From assembly GCF_000143415.4 (NCBI RefSeq), contig NW_003314265.1, positions 83,231 to 147,230 on the forward strand: a stretch of DNA of 64,000 bases, written 5' to 3'. The first letter of the stretch is position 1. Every line of letters starts with the position of its first letter. This document shows positions 49,968 through 63,516 of this stretch, in pieces. The notes beneath the pieces were generated by a model, which did no database searches, was not told the origin of the DNA, and saw only the letters and a list, made by a program, of their open reading frames with translations. Source of the stretch: Selaginella moellendorffii. Lineage: Eukaryota; Plantae; Lycopodiophyta. The translations under genes and the position numbers were made by a program.

Positions 49968-50180
49968 AAGCTTTCGAACAAGCAAGAGAGAGCTTTCATT
50001 CAAAGAATTTTGGAATTTTTGTTTAGCGTCTACGATTAATGTAGTCACAGCCAGAATATCCCTTTCGCCGGCGTGAAATATGCCTAGAGGATATTCTGAC
50101 AGGTTTTGTGTATATTCTGTTAGATATTACGGCTATGGTTTTCCTCGTTTGATGAATCAAGAACGCGCCTCGCTCGATCG

Positions 50181-51576
50181 ATGGCGATGCGCTCGGCGCT
50201 CATCGGAATCCTAGCGGCATTATTTCTTTTCCCGCAGGCATCGATCGGCGCCAGCGCCAGCAGCAGGCACTCGCAAGACGGCAGGAATTCGTCATCGAAA
50301 TGCTTCCCGCTGCTCTTCTCTTTCGGCGATTCTCTCACGGATACAGGCAATGCGCAGCGGATCTTCCCATTCGAGCAGAACAGAGCCAGCCATTCCCCAT
50401 ACGGGAGGACGTTCTTCGGCCGGCCGCGCGATCGCTTCTCCGACGGGAGGCTGATGATTGATTTCATAGGTAAAGCTTGGTTCTTAGACGAAATTCTGCG
50501 CTTCTTGGTTGAAATCCGTGAATGCATGTCGATCTTTCGCAGCGGAGGCGCTGGGATTGCCATTCTTGTCCCCGTATGTGCAAGCGGTCGGATCCAGCTT
50601 CCAGCACGGGGTAAATTTCGCGACCTCTGGAGCTACGGCCACCGACATCACATTCCTCGTCCCTCACACGCTGGGCGTCCAGTGCTACTGGCTCAAGAAA
50701 TTCAAGGTCGAGGTCCAGGACGCGCGCAGCAATCCGGTAAACACCGCCCTCTTGCCGGATCTCAACTCCTTCAGCAAGGCGCTCTACGTGGTCTTCATTG
50801 GAGGCAACGATTACAACGCTCGCCTCTTCGTCTACAACATGACGATCGATCAGCTCTTCGATGCGGTGCCGGTCGTGGTGGATGAAATCGGTAAAAGAAT
50901 CGAGGTACATTGTCTATCTATCCTTCTTGGGTTCTTTGGGTTCGTTGTTTAAAAACTTTTACCGGCATTCCTTCCAGGATCTCTATGCGGAATCGGCCAG
51001 GAATTTTCTCATCGTCAACGTACCTCCAGTCGGTTGCACGCCGGAGCTGCTAACCTTCTTCAATCACGTCGACACAAATCCGGAGGACTACGACTCCGCC
51101 GGCTGCTTTACCCCATACAACGCGGTCCTGGAAGCGCACAACGATGTGCTCATGGACGCAGTGAATCGGCTGCGAAACGTCCATCCAGACGGGCTCTTCG
51201 TCTACGCAGACTACTACCGGATCACCGGAGACATCCTACGCGATCCACAAAACTACGGTAAAAACGCTTCCTCGCTTAAGTCACTTTTTACAAAACTTCT
51301 GGACACTCAGGGATGGAGGACGTGATCCACGCTTGCTGCGGCACCGGGGGCCGCTACAACTTCAACGTCTCGTCGCAGTGTGGATCCAACAGCGTCGTCA
51401 ATGGCCTGCCTTTCACGCCGCCGTCCTGCCCCAACCCCGCCGCGGCTGCCAACTGGGACGGCGTCCATCCCACCGAGGCGTTCACCAAGATCATCGCATC
51501 GTCCTTCCTCCAGGGCCGCTACATCGAGCCCCACGACGCATTTGATCACTGCCATTTCGACTTTAGCAACTTCTAA
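50181..51576 (+). CDS. GDSL esterase/lipase, secreted
   Basis: Signal peptide, FSFGDSLTDTGN, RFSDGRL, GVNFA, IGGNDY, WDGVHPTE. Confidence 0.96.
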
Positions 51577-51634
51577 GCTTTCCCGGGTACGTTGTTTCGC
51601 TCTCTAGCTAGATCAAAAGGTATAGAACGTTTTG

Positions 51635-53446
51635 CTACGAATCCTCAATTGCCGCAACCATGTTGAAGAGCAACACAAAAGGAGCCGCTCCATTGTTAGC
51701 GGTGGTAGTGTCGACGCTACACGCGTGCATGGCCACCCTCCTCCCGGCCTCCACGTAACCATGCATCTTACACCCGCTCAACAGTGTATTGAGCGCCACA
51801 CTGTCCGGCAAGTACGGCATTGTGTGTAGCAGCTCCTCGGCGTCGTACACACGGCCAGCCCTGGCCAGCAAGTCGACCGTACAGCAAAAGTGGTCCCTGG
51901 TGGGCATCTGGCCGTGGTAGTCGTGGTTCATCAGCCTCACCGCCTCGCAACCTCGATCCACCAGTCCTAAATGGCTGCACGCGTTGATCACCTCCACGAA
52001 TGTGATATCGTCTGGCCTCTCGCCGTGCAGCCGCATTGAGTCGAACAGCGCGAGGGCCTCTTGCCCTAGGCCGTTTCTCGAGTATGCTCCAATCATCGCG
52101 TTCCACGCCGCGAGATTCCTCTCAGGCATTCGCTCGAAAAGGGCTCTTGCGGCAGAAAGATCCCCGGACTCGGCATATGCGGAAGTTATTCCTGTCCATG
52201 CCGCGGAATCTGGGTCGGGGATGGAATCGAATACGGCACGTGCGCGGGAAAGATTCCCGGATTGCGCGTGTGCGGTCATTAGCGCAAATGCGGCCAGAAA
52301 ATGGTTTTGCGGCATTTTGTGGAACAGGGAGCTCGCGTCGCTCAGATACCCGTTCTGAGCATAAGACGATATCAACGCGTTCCACGACGCCACGTCGCGC
52401 TCGATCATGCGGTCGAAGAGAGCCCGGGCCTGGCACAAATTGCCGCTCGCCGCGTGGCCCTGGACGACAGCCGTCCACGTCACCACGTCGGCGGCCTGGG
52501 CCACGTGGGCGAAGAGGGCAAGAGCCACGTGGACGTTCCCGGCCTGGCCCTGCGCCGCGATCATCGCGTTCCAGGAGACGAGGTCCCGCTGGGGAAGGCG
52601 ATCGAAGACGACCTGTGATTGGTCGAGGTCGCGCGCGTCGATGTGGCACTGGAGGATCGTGTTCCAGGAGATTATGCTGCGCTCCGCCATGGAGTCGAAG
52701 AGCTCGCGCGATTCGGCGCATTGCCCTAGCTGGGAATGCGCTGCGAGCATCGTGTTCCAGGAGAAGAGATTCCGGTAGGACATCCGATCGAAGAACCCTC
52801 TGGCGCGATCGATGCCACGGGACTGGCTGAAGCCCTGGATCATCGCCGTCCAGGTGATGACATTGCGCTTGGGCATCTCGTCGAAGAGCGTTGTGGCCTG
52901 ATCCAGATGCCCTTTCGCGGCAAATGCTGCGACCATTGCATTCCAGCAGGCGAGGTCTCGCTCGGGGATTTTCCAGAAAAGCCCGGATGCCTCGCGGAGC
53001 TGAGAGTGGTCCGCGTAGATCACGATCATCACTGTCAAAGAGACTACTGTGTGCTGGGGCATCTGGTAGAAAATTTCTTGCGATTGGGCAAAATGCCCGC
53101 TCCTGGCAAATGCCGCAAGGATCGAGTTCCACGACACGGCGTTCCTCTCAGGCGACGAGTCGAACATTTTCTTGGTTTGGCACGTGAGATTGTTGTGAGC
53201 GTAGGCCGCGATCATCATGTTCCAGGAGAAAACATTGGGCTGCGGGATGGATTCGAAGGCCTTGCGCGCCTCGTCGACGCTCTTGCACCGCCCGTACATC
53301 TCCACCACCAGGTTGCGCAGCAGCGTGTCGCCGCCCACACGGCTGCGCAGGAGCCGCTCGTGAATCGCTCGCGCGTCGCTCAGGCTCTTGCAGCACTTGA
53401 TCAGGCGCTCGAACGCATCGATCTCGCGCAGGAAGGGTCGTGGCAT
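51635..53446 (-). CDS. PLS-class pentatricopeptide repeat protein with E domain, no DYW
   Basis: Intronless 603 aa; repeated SWN/TWTAM motifs; INACSHLGLV...VDLLARAG...LLSGCKMHG. Confidence 0.95.
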   Translation of the reverse strand: MPRPFLREIDAFERLIKCCKSLSDARAIHERLLRSRVGGDTLLRNLVVEMYGRCKSVDEARKAFESIPQPNVFSWNMMIAAYAHNNLTCQTKKMFDSSPERNAVSWNSILAAFARSGHFAQSQEIFYQMPQHTVVSLTVMIVIYADHSQLREASGLFWKIPERDLACWNAMVAAFAAKGHLDQATTLFDEMPKRNVITWTAMIQGFSQSRGIDRARGFFDRMSYRNLFSWNTMLAAHSQLGQCAESRELFDSMAERSIISWNTILQCHIDARDLDQSQVVFDRLPQRDLVSWNAMIAAQGQAGNVHVALALFAHVAQAADVVTWTAVVQGHAASGNLCQARALFDRMIERDVASWNALISSYAQNGYLSDASSLFHKMPQNHFLAAFALMTAHAQSGNLSRARAVFDSIPDPDSAAWTGITSAYAESGDLSAARALFERMPERNLAAWNAMIGAYSRNGLGQEALALFDSMRLHGERPDDITFVEVINACSHLGLVDRGCEAVRLMNHDYHGQMPTRDHFCCTVDLLARAGRVYDAEELLHTMPYLPDSVALNTLLSGCKMHGYVEAGRRVAMHACSVDTTTANNGAAPFVLLFNMVAAIEDS

Positions 53447-53671
53447 TCATCTCTGTATGGGTAAATGCGAGAGCTAGAGCTGCCCAAGAGGAAGGAGGTT
53501 TCGATCTGACACTCAGTGGATACAAACTGTGTGTGATGCTCATCCAGCAGTCACCACAAAGGCGATCATCATCGTGTCAAGAATGCCGCAAACACTAAAA
53601 CCCTACCCAAGAACCCTAGCATGTTTTACCATTTACCCAAGAGCCCTAGCATTTCCCCATTCGTTTTATTC

Positions 53672-55249
53672 ATGAGAGTGGCGGCATCCAAGCTCAGGAA
53701 GAGCGGCATTGCGCAGCGCATTTCATCCGGTAAGGTGATCTACCTCTCGATCGACGCGGAGGCTCATACGCATTGCAGTGAGTGACGATCTCGTGAAAAT
53801 CCGTCAAGCCGAGAGGCGCAAGGTCGAGATTGTCACGGATCAATCTTTCGAGCTCCCAGGTGGGAAATTTCTCCACATTTCGTCCGATCACAGCAAACAC
53901 AAGGGCACGAAGTTCGCATTTCTCGGCACTTCTCTCTTCCCTGGAAGAACCGAACCGTGCCTTCTTGTAAAAAATGGTGAGTTTTTCTCTCTTTTTGTTT
54001 TCTTGGCTTTCGAGAACTTTCTTTTAGAAGGACGATGCTTCATTTTTAACTGCGGAGACAATGTGTATCGCGAACTTCAGCGTGCCTCTTATCTCGAGAA
54101 GCAGTGCACGATTTTTATAACGAGCATGGACATCAACAATGTATCCAAAGAAGGTCTTTTCATTTTTTTCGTTCTAGCTCGAACCTTGACAAAGAAAATT
54201 TCCTCCCAAATGGAACTATCAGATCGTTGGACTCCCTGGTAAGAAGCTCTTTCTTTCTCTCGTTTTATTCTTCTCACCGTTGCGATTTATCATCCTTCCA
54301 GGTCTTTTGTCGCCTGGAGTTTTACCTCCACCCGTGGTAATCTATGGGCCTCAAGGTCTGCGGCAGTACATTAGAGCTACGCTACGAGCCTGCTTTGCTA
54401 GAGTTCCCACAAAGTATACCGTGCATGAACTCCTTTTAAACAATGTAAGGACCTTGTGTTGCAGTATGCTGATTTGTATATGGTTTTTTTTCTTTTCAGG
54501 ACTTGAGAGTTGGAAATCAGCAATCTCAAGACTTGATGCACGAAGATGAGCTTTATGGAGACGATCTGCTGTGCTCTGGAAACGATTCATATCCACTGTA
54601 AGTCCTTTCGTTATTCGCGTCGTAATGAAGCCTTGTCTAACTCTGTGCAGCGTCGAAGATGACCACCACAACGTGATATCCTGGTCTTTGTGCCAAAAGA
54701 AACAAAGCTGCGGTTTCATCTACAAGGAAACGGGAACGTAAGTTTTCTATTATGTTCCCAAACACAGTGGGTAGCAAACTAATGATGTCACTAGAAAGGA
54801 TTGCAGTTCGGGAAACTCCATTGGTAAGCTCTACGCTAAGCGTCTTTCACTAAAGTTGAGAATTCTACGTAGCTTTGGTGAGCCGGAAGAGCGAGAGAGT
54901 ACCATGGTGCTTGAAAGCCAAAGACGTGGATGTTCTCGTTCATGAAATTGACAATACCATCCATGGAGCTCGTAAGTGTCCCACCCTCTAATCCAGAGCC
55001 TTGAAATAAGAGAACTTCTCATGTCAATCCAGAAATCGCTGGGGATCAAGCCAAGGCTATCAACGCCAAGTCCCTTGTGATGAGCGGCTGTTCAGTGAGT
55101 CTATTTTGTTGCAATGCAACTGTATGTTGACAAATTCTTGGCAGAGAACTGGAAGCCAGGAACTTGAAGCAGCTAAGTCGAGATTTGGAAAAGCAAGCGT
55201 AGCTCTAAGCATGGACCACGTTACCTTCACTTTGAATAACAATGGATGA
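53672..55249 (+). CDS. RNase Z-like metallo-beta-lactamase-fold protein lacking the catalytic histidines
   Basis: FLGTS, FIFNCG, IFITSMDINN in place of IFITHxHxDH, IYGPQGL, GFIYKE, DVLVHE. Start uncertain. Confidence 0.7.
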
Positions 55250-57284
55250 TCAAGCTATTATATGGTTTGGACACCTTATAATCACTTTAGAAGCTTTCTA
55301 AGTATGTTCTAGCATATTTTCACCTTTATACTAAAGTTAAAAAACTCGTTTTATAAGAAAAAATCATCCCTGTCCAAGACAATGTATTGTATGAAAGCCT
55401 TTCCACCCACAAATGGATTATAAAGCCAAGTTTGAGAGCTTGGAGAGGGTGCTCTTGTTTTCTCTTAAATATGACATTTTTTGGTTTGTCACAATCCTCT
55501 ATAGCGAGCTTGCAATGGCCCATATATGTGTAACTAGATAACAATATTGCGTTGCATGGTATTAATTAAACCTTTTCCCAAAAATTCCTACTTTCCAATA
55601 TTTTAGCATTTGTTAAGTGATACATAAAATTAAAACAGTTTCCTACTCTTTATCATCCCAATTATTTAAAGCTATTAATTTATTTTTCTTGTAACAAAAC
55701 TAAAGAATACCATTCAAAATAAAAAATTAATATTAGTATTCTATACTACATATATTCTAAAAGTAGTAAAAAACAACCACCCAAAATTTAATTTCTCAAT
55801 GAAAACAAGAAAATGTAAAATAAATACATTAGTTATATGATTGAGCTTATGTGCCCATACAGGTTTAAAGACAATTATAAATCTCCTTCTAATATATATA
55901 AATATTAAAAAAATTAGTTTCACAAAGAAATATAATTATTTTAAAAATAAATAATTATAAAAAATAATCATTAATAAAATATTGGTAATGAGATATTTGT
56001 AAAACTATTACCCTTTGCGAAAGAAGAGTGATCCCTCATTTGAAACTTGTTGCCCCTTTTTAGTTTTGTGATCCTTATCCATAATACAATACCGAGCTGT
56101 AACAGCGTATCCTTTTGCAAATAATGCACAAGTCCATTTAATCAACATAGGTAAGTAAACCATATTATACATTATTAAACCATTCATTATGAAAAACAAA
56201 ATTTCATTAGAAAACTTAATTCACATAATTAATTAATTTATTAATTCTGACTTAACAATAACAATTTATATTAAAAGTTTTGTCCTTATGTTTGTCCAAA
56301 ACTTAAACTTATGAATTTGACTATCAAATTTAATTTCTAAATGTCCTATGATATTTAAATTATATAATATATCAGTTAGTTATGATTTAAATATTAAAAA
56401 AAATCTTTAATGTTCTCAATATAAGAAGAAATTAATTAAAAAATTTAAGTCCCCACTTCCTATTTAAACTATAATAAGTTAGAGAAGTATTTATTTTGAT
56501 ATCAATTATTACTAAAACTACTGATTGTTATTTCGTTACTTAAATAAAGTCTTCTTCTTTATTCTAAATTAGCAACAATGTCTCATACACAAAAATGAAT
56601 TACTCCCACAAGATATCCCTAAAGTTTTATATTATGATCACTATCTATTAATAGAATGTTAAGCTTCTTCATTATTTAAATTTTATGTAAATCTCAAATA
56701 TTTGGTAAATGTATAGAATTTTTTTATATTTAAAAATTTTATTTAGAAAAATATTTTAATCCATATCTTATTGAAAGAAATGTCATATTATTAATAATAA
56801 AATATGTAATAATAAAAGTCCATTAATACAAAAAATAACTTATCATTACCATAGGGATGTAAGAAAATTATATTACTTAATAAGCAATACAAGAATGGAT
56901 GAACCACATTCAATCCCAAATGAATAATTTATATATTATATATTACTATAATAAATGTATTAATTAAGTAAAGTAATACTTTTATATATTTAAATGTCTC
57001 TCAAATTACTCATTTTGGTTGTTTATAATCCACCACACTTCTCTCAATATATGGTGTGATTCCCTTAAACCAACAAACACCATTCTAGTATGAAATTTTA
57101 AATTTTAAATTAAAACTTCTCAAAAAGTTATCCAATCCAATATTACTCAAACCTAAATATCAAATATCCCAATACCCTTAACCAATTCAAAGAAAAATGC
57201 ACTTTTATTTATATGCCCTTTCCTTTTATATTTGAGCTCTTTTAAATAATCTTTTGAATCTTTCCTTTTGGTTATATTCACTCT

Positions 57285-57560
57285 TCTATATAAGTTAGGG
57301 GTTTTGGGTTAATTGTTATTCATATTTTTATATTCCATGCACTCACATAAAGGGTAATTTTGATTATCTTTGAGGAATGTTTGGATTTGAGATTTTTATT
57401 TATATCTAACTTTTGCATTCTTTAAGTTTGACTTTCGTTATAACTTTTTTAATCTCTTCCCTTTTGCTTTTTCTTTTTTATTCATCTTTATAGTAGAGTA
57501 GTAACCTCTTCCTCCTTAACTTTGGAGTAGTAATTAGTGTAGTTACTCAATGTTATATGG
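57285..57560 (+). mobile_element. Old family-1 LTR and 5' leader remnant
   Basis: TTAGGGGTTTTGGGTTAATTG...TATTCCATGCACTCACA matches the family-1 LTR 3' end; downstream sequence resembles 9890-10160. Confidence 0.75.
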
Positions 57561-57829
57561 TTGTAGTTGAACAATTATGTAAGTACCTAAAAAGAACAAC
57601 CCGAAAGACGATCCATAGGGTTCAAATATAAAGAGAAAGAGCCTATAAATAAGAGTGCATTCCCTTTTCCAATTGGTTAAGAGTTCTTAAAATATTTAAG
57701 ATTAAGTATCCTTCGGTTTAAATAATACTAGGCTTTTTCAATTCGTTAAGGGTTTTTAAGTGTCTTTAGGTTTGAATAATGCTAAATTAGGTAGTCCAAA
57801 CTCTGGAGAGTACACTTGATATCAAAGGG

Positions 57830-58260
57830 TGTAAGCCACAAATTTTTCCTTTCTAATTTGCAAGTTATCTTGTCTATCCGACCAACATTGCCTTGGGCTT
57901 AACTAAATTCTCTCGCGAAAGTTCTTGTCTATTGCATTAGCTCTTACTTAGTCCTACTTAGTTTTAGCTACTCACTGCACAAGCAACAGAGCATTAGCTA
58001 TCCATCTACGGATTCCCAAATCTCTCACTATCCCCCTCCTTATATTAGATTGAACTTAAGTTTTGGCTACATTCCCCATAAGCATAATCAGCCAAACATA
58101 CTAAGCCTCCAAATTCCTAACATCTTTTAGTACAATAAGACTTGATCATGGGACCTTTTAAATCCCAAGCCTTCGAGGGACGTCGAGGGGAAACACCATG
58201 GCTTAATGCCCAGTATTTGTACCCCCACTTCCATCCCCAAAAGGAAGGCCCAAGCCCCTA
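57830..58260 (-). mobile_element. Family-2 LTR 3' fragment
   Basis: TGTAAGCCACAAATTTTTCC... is the reverse complement of the LTR ends at 11606, 16252 and 16912. Confidence 0.85.
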
Positions 58261-58425
58261 GGTGTAAGCTCCTTGAATTTGAACTTCTCAGGTGCAACAC
58301 TTGCTTCGGGACGTCGAGGGGAAACACCATAGCTTAACGCCCAATATTGGTACCCCCACTTCCATCCCCGACAGGAAGGCCCAAGCCCCTAGGTGTAAGC
58401 TCCTTGAATTTGAACTTCTCGGGAC
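58178..58425. repeat. Direct duplication with a period of about 131 bp
   Basis: GGGACGTCGAGGGGAAACACCAT...GAATTTGAACTTCTC occurs at about 58178 and 58309. Confidence 0.9.
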
Positions 58426-60514
58426 GTTACCCAGCCTAGTACTATTTAAACCCAAGGACACTTAACCTCAAATATCCCCAGGAAGTTTAAATTCAAGAAG
58501 TTATAAATATCTAGAAGTTTAGTTTGTTTTAGTTGGGTTAGATAGGAAGTTAAATTCACTTTGTTCATTTTCCACTTCAATTTCGAAGCATCATCTCCAT
58601 TTAGACTCATTTGTGGTTATCCTCATTTTACTATTTATGTTCAGTAGCATTTCACTATCATATTTGTTCATACTCACTATATTGGGGTTTGATGTTCCCT
58701 TTAGACTCACTAAGCTTGTTTCACTTCACAATTAATATCATTTATCTTCACTCCAGTACCATATCCAATTGTTGTCAGAAAAAAAAAAAGAGAAATTAAA
58801 AAAGGAAAATGTGCTCAAAGCTTGAGGACCTCTTGTTATAAAACACTTCAGCCACCACAAGATAAATAAATAACATATTTACATTGCTTAACCTCCTTAA
58901 TACATAATTTAATACTTGAGATAGGAAAAATCAATAAAAAATTCCACACTTTCAAGGAATATATAAAATCTTTAGCAATAACAGCAAAACAAAGGCTCTC
59001 AATGCCACTCACACTAGGGACATTCACTAAACCCAAAACTATAATAAAAATAACTTAGCCCTAAAAATAAAAGAATATGAAGAACTAAAATTGATTAAGA
59101 ATTTTGCCAATAAACTAAAACAAGATTCTTGGTTTTATGCACATGATCAACACCTAAATTAATATAAAAAGGACAACTTAACACCAAATTGAGAACAATA
59201 GTTACAAATGATCAACATATTAGGAGAAAGAAATGCTACAAATGAAGAAAAAACACTATAAATATGAGAAGGTGGCTCAAGTTTAAAATAAAAAGTATTA
59301 GGAAAAAATAAAAAGCAAAGAGAAAATATTAAATGGTAAATTAAACAATTGACACTTATTTCACAACATTTCCAACTAATCACTAAAGTTATCCTTAAAA
59401 TAATCAAATTCCTCAATGACAGAAATCTATAAACATTGTAGTCCTATATATTTAATCCTCAAACATTCTCCAAGAATCAAATTGTATCATCCATAACTCC
59501 CCAATCAATGTTATGGTCATGCTCCACATCAGTCAAAAATGGTAAAATACCAAAAATAAAAAACACCATGTAATTACATCCTATGGAAATTAGAGATGGT
59601 AACAAATTAAAGATTTGGAGCATCATGCTATACAACACTAAAAATTTGATTTGAAAAGGGCATAGCTACAGAAACAATGTTACTAGGTGACAATAATGAT
59701 GCATCATCTATAGTCTTGAACAACACTCCTCAATCTACATTAACATAACATAACAAAAGAAAAGAATGGAATGAGGATCAAAAGAAGAATAGATTAGATA
59801 GCTATTTAATCTTGAATCTAGCAAAAAGTTCTAACAAATCTAAAGAAGAAAAAAGAATGATAAAATAAAAGTAAAACACATTGAGTAAAACATTGTCAAA
59901 AAGCTCTACCCTTTAAGAACAAATTACAGTGTTTCTCATGTCCATCAATGTTGATGCTTAAGATATAGCAATAGATATATTAATTAGGTATATAAAAATG
60001 GATGGACTAGATTCAGTCACAAATAGATATGCTATATTATTAGAATTAGTTTATTACCTAGGTAGGGTTATATGTATATATACACAGAGCTAAATTAATT
60101 TAATAAATATAAATGGATACAAATTAATATAGTTGGTTAAAAATTGTGGGGGATTTAGTAGAAGAGAAAATCTTTGCATTGAGACAAGCAAGTGCAATTC
60201 ACGCCATGAAGAGCTGTTATTGGAGACAGCCGCAGCATTGAAGAGTGGCATATCCAACAAGATTTTATCTACTACCTTATACATTTTCTGCCTTACACTG
60301 TTTGAGGAGAATTAGTAATCCAAGGATTGTTGCATTGCAACATTCATTCCAGGCAGCAGAAGCAATGGGAGAAGTATTTTTCTTGTCACCGAGGTTTCTA
60401 CCTGTTGCTTCGAGCACATCTCTGAGGCTTTAGAAAAGCATTACGCGAATTTTGCTTAGCCTCCAAACAGGCGGCAACATTAATTTTGAAATTTAGGGTT
60501 TATGAGCCCTAGCA

Positions 60515-63510
60515 ATGGAGGAAGAGTGGCGAGGCCGCCCTCGTCTTCGGTTGCGTGACCTGGAGCGCTTCACGGGTCCCTTCACAGTTGCCGCAGATCC
60601 AGGTAGTGATGCGCCCGCATTCGGAGTTTCCAAGCGCCAGAAGGTACAAGTAGAGGAATCTAGAGGGGGTCTGCTGCTGGCTTCAAGGGTTCCGTGGGTA
60701 ATCGTAGGCAAGATCCAGCTCTGGAACGAGGGGTTTTGCTGCCACTCCTCGTCTGGGCATTCTGGCGATAGCTTCGCCCTTGCAGATGATACAGGTGTGG
60801 GGTGTTGCTTGCTAAGGAACGTGGATCAGTGTCCTCTGGGTTCCAAAGTGGTGATCACGTCTTTCAACTACATTCCCTCTATCCGAAAGCTCAAGCCTGA
60901 GAAAGCAAGGGAGGATTGTCTCTCCGTTTGTCTGGAGGTCCATGAGCTTCATGTCGTGCAAGATGGATCGATACTTCAGGTTTTTCCACGGTTGTGTCTC
61001 AGTCCAGCGTCGGCCGACGTGAAGAATGAGATGCTGGAGACGCCACCTCTGAAACGAAGTGGTGGAAAGGCTCGGCTCACGCTGCGGGGATGCTTGCATT
61101 GTTTTAGCCCATCCTTCGCTCTTCCCTGCACAGGCTCAACGTTTTCCATGGCGAAGAGCTTGTTCGCTGGGGGTGAAAAGGGCGATGGACAGGTCCTTAA
61201 AGGCTTTCTTGTGGAGCTAAGGAACTGTAGTCATCAGCGTCTACGCTCGAAGAAAGATGCGGAAGAAGATGGTCAGCTGGTTCGGGTTTTCTTCTCGGGG
61301 GCTTTGTCTGCCTGGCGTCCTGTTCTACTGGATTGCGTCGGCAGCTGGATTTGCATCACCGGTCTAAGAAAGAAAATGATCAGCGTTGGACCGAAAGACT
61401 TGCACCTGATTTTGGCGGCCACAAGGACTACTTTCGTCAGCCGAACACCGGATGAACTTGAGCGTCCGAGAAGCTTGCGGAGTGATCTGGTTCGGGACAA
61501 GAAAACTTTTGGCTCCTACGTTGGTGTAGTTACTGGGGTACAATTCGAAGGAAGGATGGTGGAGCTGGATGAGAACGTTTGCTTGCTACTGACTCACCAG
61601 GAGCATACTTTTCTGCATGGTCTTCGCGTTGGAGCAACGGTAAAAACATTTCCGTTTCTTCTTTACGGTTTTTTCCTGACTATCCATGGCTTACAGATAC
61701 TCGCTCTTAATGTACATATCGCTGCTGTAGGCTGGGGTTGGAGAAAGTACCTATTGCTGGGTGCTTGTTTTCGTTCTACTGTAAAAATTGTTTGTTTTTC
61801 TTCGTTAGATACAGTGTAAGTTCTTACGGTCCTTCTAAACTTTGTGTTATCTTCTCTATGTTCAGCATTTCAGTGCCTGTGAGAACCGCGTGCCTAAGTA
61901 AATTTCAGCACTTATCTTTTACCGAGACATTTGGGTAAGCTTTCCGTTTCCATTCTCACGAAAAAAAAAATGCGAAGACTTTCTTGAGCAGGTTACTTCG
62001 AGCAGTTTTAGATTTGAGAAAGAAGCTGGGCAGTGGACCGGATGTTTTCGATTGCATTCAAACGACGTCGACGCGTGTTTCTCGGGTATGTACTAATGCA
62101 AAGGTCCATGAATTTTAGCTTCCACGTTCAGGATGGTTTGAAGGAGTTTATGTCTCACGAGCAATCTTGCTTCCTTGGACAAAGGGGAAATATTAAGTCG
62201 TCTTTGCAGGTTTCTCTCTTTCCATTTTGAAGCTTCAAACTCCAGGCATCCTGTATCGGCAGAGAATTCCACCCTTTTTGGAACTCAAAGAATATCTTCA
62301 GCAACTCTGGGAGGACTCTAGTTCATTTATCTGGCAGCAAAAACAGCACAGCAACCGTTTCAATCGTTGCATTATTTCCAGTGACGACTTGAATTTTGTT
62401 GTTTTGGGCCGCCTCGAGGTATGCATGCTTCATAAGTTTTGGAAAATAACAAGGCGCTGACAGGTCTCTAAAACCTCGGGGGCCCTTCAGTTTTTTGATG
62501 CGACGCACGAGATACATGTCGTAATTCCGGACCTCCATTGCTCATCGATGCTATATCAAGTTTACAAGGTTTTGCGCCTTTTATTCTTCTTTGTTCGTGA
62601 GTAGTCTTTCTTTCAGGTGTCCAAATTTGATTTAGTGATGGAAGGAACGCCTGGGAGCTGCCATTTTTATTTTGTATTCAGCTCCAAAGATGCTTATCGC
62701 TGTTCAGCTTTGGGATGCGAAATACCGAAGTCCAGTCCACACTGGATTTCTAGCTTGCCTAACTTACCGCCGTCACCATCGTCTACAATAAGCTTTCGCG
62801 CGAGGGTAAGTTTTGTTTACATACAACATTGTTCATACACTGAAATGCGAGCTTGTACAGGTTGTTGCCGTATCAAAACTCGTGCTCGTCTGGAATAAAT
62901 GGTTAGGCTACACTCCTGCCAAAAGTCTCGTGTCCAACATCAATGTCTCTTTTGGTTGTTTCGTCATTGGTAAGCGATTGCTCCACTTGTACCAACCTGT
63001 GCCTCCAAACTTTATATCCAGATGATGGCTCTGGCGTAACCGAGTGCTCGGCTCACGGAGTGCTTGCTGATCACCTCTTGGGACTGAAATTTGATCGGGA
63101 CCAATGCGTTACAAGGCACACGAACGCCTTGTGTGCCATTCTTCGCAACTATGAGCGCATTGTCTACGAAAGAGACCAGAGGAAAGACTTCTCGCAAAGT
63201 TATCGAGTTCTAGGCGATGGAAGTACACCTCTAAGCGAGAGCGACCATGCGGTCATCGACATGTTTGCAACTAGAGCCTGTCATCGTCCTCCTATGGTAA
63301 ATAATTTGTATACACTTCAAAGGCAGCTTGTATTGACGAGGAGCTTTTTCTTGCTACTTGCAGTCTCTGGTTTGCGAGATTTGTCCTAGAGAATTTGACA
63401 ACAAAGCTCGCGTGCTTGTGAGATCAGTAGAAGAGATATCATACGTTAGAGAAGCTCACAATCTCAGCAAAGAGATCGAGCTTGCACTCAACAAAAACAA
63501 GGTTTTGTAG
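60515..63510 (+). CDS. CTC1: CST complex subunit CTC1 (telomere maintenance), compact
   Basis: CC...LGSKVVITSFNYIP, FSG...WRPVL...VG...GLRKK, GSYVGVVTG...VELDENVCLLLT...HGLRVGA and LLLGAC match plant CTC1 motifs. 3' exons less certain. Confidence 0.82.
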
Positions 63511-63516
63511 CTCGTG

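Noticed and set aside
56008-56199. Short coding-like island in the AT-rich spacer
   Set aside because: Too short and has no recognisable motif, so a call cannot be supported.
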